Below, piece by piece: positions 24,301-36,100 of a DNA stretch of 64,000 nt. The notes under the pieces are model-generated. The model did no database searches. It had not been told where the DNA came from and saw only the letters and a program-made list of their open reading frames with translations. Every line of letters starts with the position of its first letter. The first letter of the stretch is position 1. Made by a program: the position numbers and the translations under genes. Source of the DNA: Geosiphon pyriformis uo1 (Eukaryota; Fungi; Glomeromycota); assembly GCA_016748015.1 (NCBI GenBank), contig JAAOMT010000521.1, forward strand, positions 29,208 through 93,207, written 5' to 3'.

Positions 24301-26060
24301 TGGTTGGGCTCCTTTGGATCCTTTGCAGTTTCCAGTCAGGTTGTGTGTTAGTCCGGTGAACAATTTTTTGGCTGGGATGGTGAAGATCTTTCTGGGCAAT
24401 GCGCTTACTTTGGTGAACAACCTCCCTACTGCATTTCATAGTCCTGGTCAGTTCCCATTGTCCTCTGTTCTTGGAAAGTCTCTGTATTTTGATTCGGTCA
24501 AATCTCTTAAATGTTTTGGTGTCGCTTTTGGTGATCGGCTTTTTGATAAGAAAGGTGTTTTGTTTGATTGGAAAACTTTTCGTCATTGGAAGAGGTTGGA
24601 TTCGCGTGGCCCTGTGCCTCACTGGTTCATGGTTTCTTCTGAGTTTTTGAAGGGTCAGATGTACTCATTTTACGGTTCTGTTGGCTCTGCGAACAAGCTT
24701 GGTTTGGACATTTTGGGGTCTAGGGAATTTTCTGCGGTTAAAGATAGATTGTATGACATTTGGTCAGGCTTTTTTGAAGTTTTCATGGATGGGTCTTTGA
24801 GAAATGCAGGCTCTGCTAAGGTCGCCTGTGGTGCTGCTGCATACTTTCCGGTCTTGGATAAGAGTATTGGTGTCGCTGTTCGTGGTCTTGTGTCATCTAC
24901 TATGGCCGAGTTACAGGCTGTCGCTTTGGCTTTGAAGTGTGTTCCTTCTTCAAGTACTGTGATGTTACATCTTGACAGCCAGGCTGCCATTTACGCATGT
25001 GTGTCTGAAATGTCTTTGGTTGCCCCTGATTTCCATAATTAATGCTGGCTGGAAAGGCATCATATTTTCAATTTGGTCAGGGATAAAAGATCTTAGTGTG
25101 AGTTGTGTTAAGGTAAAAGGCCACTCTGGGATTCCTGGTAATGTGAGAGCTGACTTGGCTGCTGGGGCTGCTTCTGGGTCTCCCTTTTCTCTTTGTGCCG
25201 ATGTGCGTGAACATTTTTTGGTTGCTGAGGGTATCGCTGTTTCTGGTAATGCCTGTCATTTTGTAAAGAATATTTTTCGATCAATTTGTTGTGCTCGTTG
25301 GGAAGCTGGGGCTGGCTGTGATGTTGTTCCGGATGCGATGATTGGTTGCATAGACTGAGTTGTCACGGCAAAGGTGTGGCATCCTGATTCTCATATGCTT
25401 GCTGGGTTCACTAGCCGCGCATCCTCAATGCTTCGCACTTATATTATGAAGGCTGTGCACAGGAGGTTGCCGGTGGCTGTAAGGAAGAGATTGTATGATA
25501 AGTGCTACCCTAGTGTGTTGTGTTTGTTTTGCGGTGAGGTGGAGTTCTCTAACCACATTTTTACTTGTGTTCATGAGTCTGGCATTCGTAGTAAAATTTT
25601 GGTGGAGGCTTCTGCCCATTGGTCAGCTCTGGCTGGTGGTTCCCCTGCTTCTGCTGTGTTGCGGGTTTTATCTCAATGTTCCAGTGATGTTGGGCTGTAC
25701 ACTTTGGTGTGCAAGGAGTTTGTGCTGGAGAAGTGGTATAAGGAGGCTTGCGATGTTTTTGAGGAAAAAAAGGTGGCCATTGCTCGGATTGTTGATTATG
25801 TCAGGTTCGTTGTTGGATTACATCATGCTAAAGTGTGGTTGTCTAGAGCCAGCCACCGGGTGGTAATGGAGAAGACTGGTTTGGTCTGTGATGTTGGCGT
25901 TGTTTCTGGGCTCCCTTGTGGTATGTCTTCGGTTTTGTCTGACGGTGTTGTAAGATTGCTTGGTTTGGCCGATTCTTTTGCTGTTAGCTTTGGTCATCAG
26001 AAGCCTTATTGTTTCTTTTCTGGTCTGAGTGGCAGTGCGCGGGTAGTTATAGATGTGTAG
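21374..26060 (+). pseudogene. LINE-A ORF2: APE endonuclease, reverse transcriptase, RNase H, C-terminal zinc finger
   Basis: APE: TCNV.GIN, ETK, GDFN, IDYI, TDH. RT: PIALIE, QDMWKAYDSV, GLDQGEVFSPLL, FVDD, YLGI. RNase H: DGS, AELQA, DSQAA, VKGHSGIPGNVRAD. Zinc finger: CLFCGEVEFSNHIFTC. Four point stops and one frameshift near 25080. Confidence 0.95.
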
Positions 26061-26177
26061 TGTTGCCTTGTCTGGCCTGAGTGGTTAGCCACATGTAGAA
26101 AGTGCGTGAGTCGCGTTTAGTTTGAGCCTCTTAGTTTGGTTCTATATACTAGATAGCGATTGGGCTGCACTCATTAA
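26058..26177 (+). other. Conserved structured 3' UTR of the LINE family
   Basis: About 118 nt align in all four copies (6967-7085, 26058-26177, 26366-26482 minus, 44899-45016 minus), with compensatory changes in the predicted stems. Confidence 0.75.
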
Positions 26178-26479
26178 ATGGTTTTAAAAAAAAAAAAAAA
26201 TATTAATAGATAAGTAAAAATTAATTGAAATAAAATATTAAATGAGAATAATAAGATATTTATTATTAATGTAAAATTTGGAAAATAGATTTTAATTAAA
26301 AGTAGTAAAAAAAATATTAAATTTATGCTATTTAATTTAGCTTAATTTTTTTATTATTATTGCTTTACAAATAAGGTCCAAATACTACCTAATACTATAC
26401 ATCAAAGAAATAATTTAAACTAGGCATGAATCATGCATTTTCCACATGTGACCAGTCACTCGGGCTGATCAGAACAACA

Positions 26480-29400
26480 CTATGCAGTTATGTGAACTAT
26501 AACTGAGTCACTAATGCCTAAAAAAATAAATAAGAATTGCAAAAGCCAAAACAAACACCAAAAGCATTGGCAATACCAAGCAATTTGACCACCCCAGCCA
26601 ACAATCCTGAAGCCAAACCAGAAACTAATGTAAAAACTAAACCATCAAGAGGAATTAATCTATTTTTCTCCATGTAAGCATGATGTTTAGCATAAACTAA
26701 CCAGACTTCACTTCTAAAAACAAGACTAAGAGAGTACACAAATTTAATAATCTCCAAACCAGCAACTTTAGGATCATAAAAAATGGTGATTGCCTTGTGA
26801 AACCAATCATTAAAAATGAAACCCTTATAAAACACCATGGACAAAAAGAATTCAGAAACACACGAAGACAATAGTCATAGTATGTCTAAAAACAAATAAA
26901 AAAAACCAGAAACTGTTTTCCAGAAATTTACATGGAATTCTAACAATTGACTCTAAATAAAATCATTAATTTTATAAGAAAACACATGATCAGAAGCTTT
27001 CATATTACCACAATATAAGCATAATACACTAGAATATGACCTATTATAAAGACACTTCTGAATGGCAACTGGCAACCAGTGGTGCAAAGCTTTTATGAAA
27101 TAAGTGCATGCATTAGCTGAAGGTCTGCTAGTAAAACCAGTAGTTATGTGCAAGTTAGAGTGTCATACTAAAGATGAATGGTGCCAGTCAACCTTAGAAT
27201 GCAAACCACTCACCAAAAATTTGGAACCAGAACCAACCTCCCAGCATGCATAACAAATTGAATGATAAACATTATGGACAAAATATCTGGAATTGCCAGA
27301 AACTACACCACTATCAACCATTATGAAGTGTTAACCCAAACGAGAAAAAAAACACTAATTTGAGAGAAAAGCGTCATCAGCAATTATGTTAGTGTACTCA
27401 TTTCCTGAAACACCAGAGTGGCCTTTAATTTTATGCCAGCTGACTTTCAAATTCTTACCATGAATAACATTGGTGATATAATAACATTTAACTCAACATT
27501 GATTATGAAAGTTGGGATATGCTAGACCCAATTCTGACTTACAAGCATCCAGAGCAGATTGACTATCCAAAAACAAATTAACAGAGCACTGAGGAAGGAC
27601 ACATTTCAGAGCCAGTGCTATAGCCTGCAACTCTACTAAAGTAAACAACATCAAACCTAACATACCAACACCCAAACCAAAATCAACGTTTTTGAAAAAA
27701 ACAGCAGTACCAATTCTACAGCCAACTGAGCTCAGATTACTAAGAGACTTATCTGTATATACTAACAGACTGTTAGCACCAACTCATGAGAGACAATCAC
27801 AAACAGAAATAAAATTCTGAGATTCAAAAATGTTCAAAGAACTGACACTATCTAAAACTGAAAAGCAAGTGGTAAATAGACTTTTATTATTTAGAAATGC
27901 AACCAAAATCTTGAACTATTCAGAAACAAAACCATGAGAATCTAATCTCTTTCAATGCTTGAAAGTATACCAGTTAAAGACAAAACTATGATGATCATGA
28001 AGTTGATTCACAAAAGCAATATCATATTAACAGAAAGAAGGGAGAAACTTATAAAACTGTGACTTGCCCAGAACAACAAACATAGGGATCCCACCACAAA
28101 ACAAAAAGAAATTGGCCAGAGAGCCACCCAGAAACAAATTGCAATTAAGAAGAATATGTACCATGTCTGCCAGAAAGTTATCAGAAGCACTAATATGAAC
28201 ACGTACAAGAGAACTCAAGGAATGAACAGGACACCAGCACAGAACCTGTAAGTCATAAGACCTGTGAAAAAACAAATGACCCAAGATGCCACCAGAGTTT
28301 GCAAAACTAATAAGAGAGGCCATCTTGCTTTTAGACTGAACCTAAATAAAAGACTTCAAAAGGATAATAGATTGTATCACTAGGAAATTCGAAAGATAGA
28401 CTGGATTTGAACTTCAAGCCCTTATAAATCAAAGCATCTCATTTGTTACATGTACTAATGAGAACAAAACTGAACTGCATTTTATAACTAACTATAGATT
28501 GAAGGATTGCTGATACTAAATACAAGAACTACTTATCTAAGACAGCTTTCCTCAAGACCAGATTGGTAAAAAAATGAACGTCTAAATATGCCTTCACCAA
28601 ACTAGGCTTTAACAGACCATTAGTTGATAAAAAAATACCCAAATATTGATGAAATTCACCTTTTTTGGCAATAGAGATTGGTGAGCTACTAATAGAAAGA
28701 GAAAGAATACTGACTTTGCTATTAATAGGAATGACTACTGTTTTGTCATTATTAATAGAAATATCATTTATTCAAAAAAATTCACTTGCAATGTTAAGAA
28801 TATGTTAAGTAGCAGTCTGACTACAGCCAACCTAAATTGTATCATTGACAAAAGTGCCAGTAGCAAAAAAAGAAGAAAGTTCAGCCCTGGACTCAACACG
28901 ATCATTCCTTGAAATAAAATAAAAACTTAACTTATAACTGCACATGCTTTTCTGTTTCTTGATTTCACATAGCAGAGGATCATAAAATATACACCACAAA
29001 AGAGGAGAGAAGACCTCCCCTTGGTCCAAACCATCATGTATACAATAACTATCTGTCAACCCAAAATCTGTCATAACTCTGTTGGTATAATCCCTATGAA
29101 TATTACCAAAAAACTGAATGAACCTGCTGTACATCTTGATCCTGACCAAACTTTTCTCGAGATATTTCCAGCTTACTAAATTATATGCTTTCCACATATC
29201 CTGCAAAACCAGTCATAGCTCCCGATTCTTTTGCAATGCATTCTCAACCACTGAACTAACAGCAAAAATAGAAGATTGAGTCATTGTGCCTTTTAAAACT
29301 GAAAAATTGTCCCCATAAAGAACACTAAAAGTGTTGCATACCAAAGAAATTCTATCAGAAAGTATCTTGAAAAGGATCTTATGAGCCATTTCAATCAAAG

Positions 29401-31156
29401 CAATAGGGCAAGTATTCATAAGAACACTCTCACATTCATATGGTTTAGGAATCATTGAGACCCAAGCCTTCTTTTAGAATTCAGGCACCAATTCACAAGA
29501 AAGACACAAGTTCAAAAGTACCAAAAGCATATTCAAAATTGATTTGTCACAATGTTTCCAAAGCTTGTTTGTGATACCCAAAAGGCCAGCAGCTTTGTCA
29601 TTAGGCAGAACAGAAACCATACCAAGCAGCTCACTAAACTCAACTGAATCCATTATACCAGAAAAGGTTTTATCAAAAACATAATTCAATGGCTAATATT
29701 AACGAGACCAAACATCAGAGACATTAGCAACCACATCATGCTTTCTGGTCTATTCTTTCATAATAATGTCTACCTTAGATTTAACCAAACCAGGCTCCAA
29801 AATAAGCTTGTCATCAACAACCAGGTGATTCAGAACCACTTTGTGGAGAGGGTGTTCCAGAACACTTCTGATAGTATAACCCTTATTCATCTCGAAGCTT
29901 TCTATCCTCTTATCTATAGCAGATCTAATGTTCACTTCCCTAGCTGCCAGGAATTCAACAAGCTTGAATGTGCAATATAACTTCCTAATGCCAAAGAAAG
30001 CAGAATGAACATGATTAGAGTCCACATCAAAGTCTATGAGATTCTAAACAACTGAAGCTTTGATACTATCCAAAGAGTCCCAGCACTTCATAAGAGAGAT
30101 AAAACTGACACCATTTTTTTTATGAGAGGCTTTGATAATTTTTGAAACCAAAAGTTCCAACAAGTGAAACTTTAAAGAAACTTTGGTGAACATACTGTCA
30201 AAATTTTTGAACCATTTTTTTCTAAATATTTCATTCGCCGAAAGCATCATTATCTTGCATAAAACATCCCACATAGCATTTAGGTTTGAGTGTTTGACAG
30301 TAGAATTAAACTCATTAGAGAGCATTCCAGCATTGGCTGATATGGTATTGTTAAAATTTTCCCACTTATTGACATCACCACTCTTGAAATCAAACTTTTA
30401 CTGATCTCTATCTGCTTGCTTGTGAAGGGAGTTCAACTGTACATCCAAAAGTCTGCCCAAACCAACAGACACAGAAACAGTCCAATGATCAGTATCAAAA
30501 AATTTTCTAACACCACACACACTTCAATCCATCACAGCATTAACCAAGTTTGATGAGATGAACAAAAAGTCGATCATTTTAGCCACATTACAAAAGTTGG
30601 TCCAAGTAGGAGTCTTAACAAGGGAACTTCCACCAAAGAAGTTGACCAAACCAAAATCTAGACATTTTTTGAAACTGGCACACTTATAAGAACCATCTTC
30701 ATTGAAGTTGCCACTCAGAACAACAAAAGAAAATTCATTTACAGCTTTGGCAATCATAGAGTTGATTTTACCAGCTTGGAAGAACCAAACTAACAAAAAA
30801 GCATTGGCATAAAGCCCCAAAATAGAAACAAAAAGTTTGTTTTTGAAAAGTAGCCTGACAAAAATGAGCTGACCAGGAATCTCAGAAATTTTACATACAT
30901 AATGAGCTAGAGAAATGTTCATAATAATAGCAACACCAAAATCTAAGTTATCAGAGTCTATACCAGAAGTAAAAACTCAAACATTATCAAACCTATCAGC
31001 AATCCATGGATGAACCTTACTCCATAACTTGGTCTCAGTAATAATTGAAATCAAACTGCTCATATTCTTATGCCAATAAACAATATCCTCCTGTTTTGCA
31101 GGATTATTCATGCCCCAAACATTGCAAGTAGCAATTTTCTAAACTAAACTGATCAT
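26480..31156 (-). pseudogene. LINE-B ORF2 (APE-RT-RNase H-zinc finger), fragmented
   Basis: Motifs QDMWKAYNLV, GLDQGEVFSPLLW, ELQAIALAL..DSQSA and CLYCGNMKASDHVF are present. Confidence 0.92.
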
Positions 31157-33112
31157 TGAGATGGAAAAAAAGCTAACAAACCCAAACCAGAACACAAAGA
31201 GTCTAATCTCTCCAAAACCAAACTGACCGAAACCTTCAGAGCCAACATCTTTAATTCCAAACCACCTACCTTGATGGTGAGCATCTTTGAACTGCTCAAA
31301 TTTAGTTCGGGGACAGCCTTATCAACCAACAAAAGAGAAAAAAAAGAGGACACTACTACATTATCAACAGTCATATCCGAATTCAAAACTGAATCCAAGA
31401 GAGGAGCAACAAAAAAAGGGAAAGCACAAAGCAGTGATGACATTGGCACTAAATTCACAAGGCTCAATTTTTTTAAAATAACTAAACCTGATCCAACAAA
31501 AACTTTAAAGAGCACTCCAAAGAAGCCAGACATTTGGCTAAACTAGAATCATCAATAGGGTTGGAAGCTATTACCAAGAGTTTTGCACTTAAAAGTGAAC
31601 CAGTACTAGAGAGAACTAACAAAAACACACAAAAAAGAGAACCATCTGCAACTTGAGCCCAAGATTTTCCACCAAAAGACACTGGACGGGCAACCAGAGC
31701 TTGCTTCTTTTTATAGATATTAGCCAAATAGACCTAATCTTGAGAAGACATTACCCTTCTACAACAAACTCCAGAATTCCCACCAATTGAACACACATCA
31801 GAAATATGACCAAATTTTTTACACTTGACACAGCAAGCCAAAGAAAGACCAGCCCAGCACAAATTCACACCTTTATAAACCAGAATAGAACTAATAGCAG
31901 CCAATTTGGATGCCTTATTATTAAAACAGACCACCACACATCTATCACGAACATATGAATCAGGATTATAACCAATAAAGCAGGTTTTCTCACTATAAGA
32001 GTTCACTAAATCTAACAAATCATAAGCAGTAGTGCCAACTGGAAGTGTGTACAATAAAGCCCAATAATGATCCCTGATCAACCATGATTCCTTGTCATTT
32101 AACACCAATACAACACAAACAGAATCTTTGTCCACTAAGACCAACCACTTAGAAGCAACCAAGCTAGCCATATCTATTGACTCAAATTCTACTAAAGCTT
32201 TTTGCCAAAGCCTAATCAGTTGCATCCTAATCGAAATCACCTAACCAAACTTAGAAAATACTGATTTAATCACCAATCTGAAAAGATCTACTGGAATCTT
32301 CTTGACTATTACTTCTCAATTTGAGTGGCTATTTGGCTTCCTAACATCAATATTTACCAGAATTTTTTCACTAATTACCATTTTTTTGGCCTTGGTTAAA
32401 CTTAATTTAGAAGTAAAAGAAGATTTAATGATGCTTAGAAGTTTTGAAGAAGCAGATGTACCCCCAAAACTGTCAATTCAATAGAAAATTTTTTTTATAG
32501 CAATCAACTTGTCACTAATAGTTTTGCCAAGCAAGACAGAAATTCTAATATCCAATATGAATGACTTAACAAGATCAAAAATACGCTTTTTTGAAGAATG
32601 TGACCTGACAAAATGCAGTTTTTTGGAGCCTGCAAACTTAGGAAATAGAAGAGCTATTATATCATTATTTTCATTTAAGACGTCAAACAAAGAAGTTTTT
32701 GGGGGTTAACTTAATATGTATGTGTGAGTGCATGTTTTCTTAAGAGTAGTGTCATTTTCCATGTTATTAACCACAAAAGCATCCAAGTTAGCATAACTAG
32801 TTTCCTCAGTGACAGTATTTTTTATGTTCTCTAAGTCTAATAGGCCACTCATGCTACTCATCTTGCTTTCCATTTTACTGCTCCAAGATTTTGAAAACTC
32901 ACCATTATCAACACTAATATTGGCCAGCTCAGCAAGCCTGCAGATGAATTAACCATTCCAATATCGACTTTGGGATTTTTAGGCTTCTTATAAGATGCAT
33001 TACAAGAGTATACACTATTAACCCTCTTTTTTTTTGCATCAGGCTGGGTCCCCAAACTAGCAGAAGTAAATCCAGAGCCATTAACAACAGGACTTGCCAG
33101 TTCTATGTTCAC
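31153..33112 (-). pseudogene. LINE-B ORF1, fragmented
   Basis: Motifs ASYKKPK, LWQKALVEFES, CVKCKKFGHISDVC and ARPVSFGGKSWAQV are present; ends PSQ*. Confidence 0.9.
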
Positions 33113-36100
33113 AAATAAAAGTACATTTGAAGAAATAGTTGAAAATATAAAGGAAAAAGGAAATAGAAAAAAAACTTTTTCTTTGGCAATATTTTACTTT
33201 TGTTGTGACCGAAGGATTAACAAAAGAAAGATTGTTGCTTAATTTTAAGTTTAAAATAATAAATAATAATATTTAATATTTAATAAAAACTCTTTTTAAA
33301 TAGCTTTTAAAATTTTATTAATTAAATTTTTTTATAAAAGTTTTTTTAATATAGATTATATTTTTTTAGTAATGAAAATAATTAGATTTAAATAAATTTT
33401 AATGTAAAATTTTTTTTTTAAATATTTATATAAAAAGTATTTAAAAAATTTATAGTCTTATTTAATAAAAAATTTAGCTATTTTGGAAAAAATTTATTTG
33501 TTATTTTTTTTGAACTTTTTTTAGTTTTATAATAGTAGATAATTATTTTTATTAATATAACAACTTTTATTTTAATTAAATTATATTGAAATTATAAGTT
33601 AATATTTTTTTTTGAAATTTTCTTGAAATTTTTATTTATATTTTTTTTAAAGATTATAAAAATATATTTGTTATTAAGCAATCTTAAGAATTGTTATGTT
33701 TAAGACAAAATATTTTAGATTGTTTTAAATTTTTTTTCTTTTTTTTTTAAGATATAAACCTAAAATAAAATTAGTAATTATTTGTTAAAAAATTTTTTTG
33801 GTGTTTTTAATATACTAATTAACAATAAATAAAGTTTCAAGTTATTTATTTTAATAGTAATAAAATTTACTTGGGTTTTTTTTTGTTTTTTTAAATATAA
33901 AAAAATTAATTATTAATTTGTCTATTTTTTAATTATTATTAAATATGTTAAATCTATATAAAATTTTTTTTTCTAATTGATTGTATTTTTACTCTTTAAA
34001 AGTATATTTACCAGTTTACAAACTGATAAATAATTGTTTTAATTCAAAAATTTTTTCTAAAAAAATTAATATAAGCTTAATTAGTTTTGTTATTGAAAAT
34101 ATTATTATCATAATTATTATTGTTTTGATTGTCATTATTTTTAATAACTATTAAAAATAAAATAATATTGTTATAAACTTTTAAATAATATTTAGTTATT
34201 TTACAGTAATATTATAAAAATAAATTATAATTTTACTGTTTTTGGTTATATAATAATTTTTAAAGTTAATTAAAATATAGCTTATATTTAAATTTTTAAG
34301 ATTGCTAATTTTTTTATATTGTTTAAGTTAATAAGTCGAATAATCAAACTAGATTAACAATAAATTTATTAAATTATTGTTTATTGAAATTAAAAATTTA
34401 GACTACAAAAAAATTGTTATTTAAAATACTAAAACAAAAATAAAAAAAGTATTTTTTAAGTGCATTTTTTGATTATTTTTAATTTTTAAACATATTTAAT
34501 GGCTATATTTTTGTAAAATTATTTTTAAAAACAAAAAACTAAAAAACATATAATAAATTAGTTCATAATTTTGTTATAAAAATATAAATGTTTTGTTTTT
34601 TGGTTTAATTTTGGTATTTATTTATTTAATTAATTTTTAAATTATTTTAACATATTTAATAATAACTTTATTTAAATTTTAATTTTATTTTAGTTTTATT
34701 TATAATTTAGAAATTAAATTAGAGATTTGAATATTAAAAAATATTTATTTAGTTATTTGTTAATAAATATTTTTTTTTGAAAATTATATAATAAGTAAAT
34801 TTTAAAAATAGTTATTAATAATTTAAAATTTGTATTTATTGTTATATTAGTTGATTATAGTTATTTTTTTAAAAATATTTAATTATTTAATAAAGTTTTA
34901 TGTATTTTTTCTAAATAAAAACAATAATGTATTATTTTTTTTGTTTAAAAATAAATTAAATAATTTAAAGAACCAATAGCATATTTTAATTATTAAAAAT
35001 ATTAATTATAAAATCAAAAATTGAGTTTTTAAATATTATATTTGAATTACTTGAAAAAATTTTAAATATAGATGCTGTTTAATAATTTTTTTTCTGTTTT
35101 AAAGAAAGTTTTAACTAATTAATATGTTGCTATTCAAATTTTAAAATTATTATTTAAAAATTACTACATAAAAAAGTTAATTAATATTGTTATTTTTTAT
35201 ATAAGTAGTTTTAAAATAAGTTTGATTAAAGAAATATATTAAATAAATATATAAAATTTAGTAAAATATTTGTTTAGAAATTAAAATCAAAAGTCTTAAA
35301 ATTGTTTATTAGATTAATTTTTAACAAAAAAACAAATTAAGTAAAAGAAAAAAATTAAATTTCCAATAATTTAAGTTATTTTTATTATATATATAAAATA
35401 TTTTTTTAATTATTATATAGTATAAACTATTTATAGCCATTAAAAAATTTATATAATTTTAAATGATATCTAATTTTCTAATTTTAATAATTTTAAAAAA
35501 CTAAACTGTAAATATGATAGATTAAGTTTTTTTTTTATATTTACAATTTAATTTTTTGAATTATATTATATTTTATAAAGTTATTAAAGTTTAAATTAGC
35601 CACTTTTATTATTAATTTTTAGATGCCAATTAATCAGATTTTAGCCAATTAATAATCATTAAAGTTATATTATTATTATGTGATAAATTATCAAAGTATT
35701 ATCATTTTCAATAAGGCTTTCAATTAATATTAATCTAATTTTTAATTAATTACTTTTTTATTAAGATATAATATTTTTTGGCTTGTGTATTTTCTGCTAA
35801 TAACACAGTATTATTAATCATAAATATTTTATTTATACTACTACTATATTCAGTTGTTATTATCAGAACAAAAATTCAGATATTAATATTGTTTACATCA
35901 AGTACTAAAGGAATTATAAAAGTACTAAAAATAATTATTAAAAAATTTGAAAATATTATTTGTGTTTTATTTGTAATTTTGTGTTTTTTTTGATAAACAT
36001 CAAAAACAATCAGCTTTGGTGCCAAAAACAGCAAATTTAAAACAAAAATTGAAATAATTATAATATGATTAGCTATTGACTCAAGTATAATACTATAAGT

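Larger units (their letters stand above)
13246..26200 (+). mobile_element. Full-length non-LTR retrotransposon (LINE-A), interrupted by an LTR element at 14726-20774
   Basis: GC content steps up sharply at ~13245. A pyrimidine-rich 5' UTR, ORF1, ORF2 (APE-RT-RNase H-zinc finger), the conserved 3' UTR and a poly(A) at 26186-26200 follow. Confidence 0.95.
26366..33230 (-). mobile_element. Full-length LINE-B, more decayed; candidate 10-bp TSD ATT(A/G)TTGCTT
   Basis: ORF fragments cover ORF1 and ORF2 collinearly, and both UTRs are homologous to LINE-A. ATTATTGCTT (26356-26365) and ATTGTTGCTT (33231-33240) flank it. Confidence 0.93.

Noticed and set aside
22126-25619. Antisense and alternate-frame ORFs over the LINE and gypsy ORFs
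   Set aside because: They are shadow ORFs with no motifs and are not conserved between copies.
26075-26115. Hammerhead ribozyme in the LINE 3' UTR (CTGA...GAAA)
   Set aside because: The core reads CUGAGUG or CCGAGUG rather than CUGANGA, and the helices do not fit hammerhead topology.
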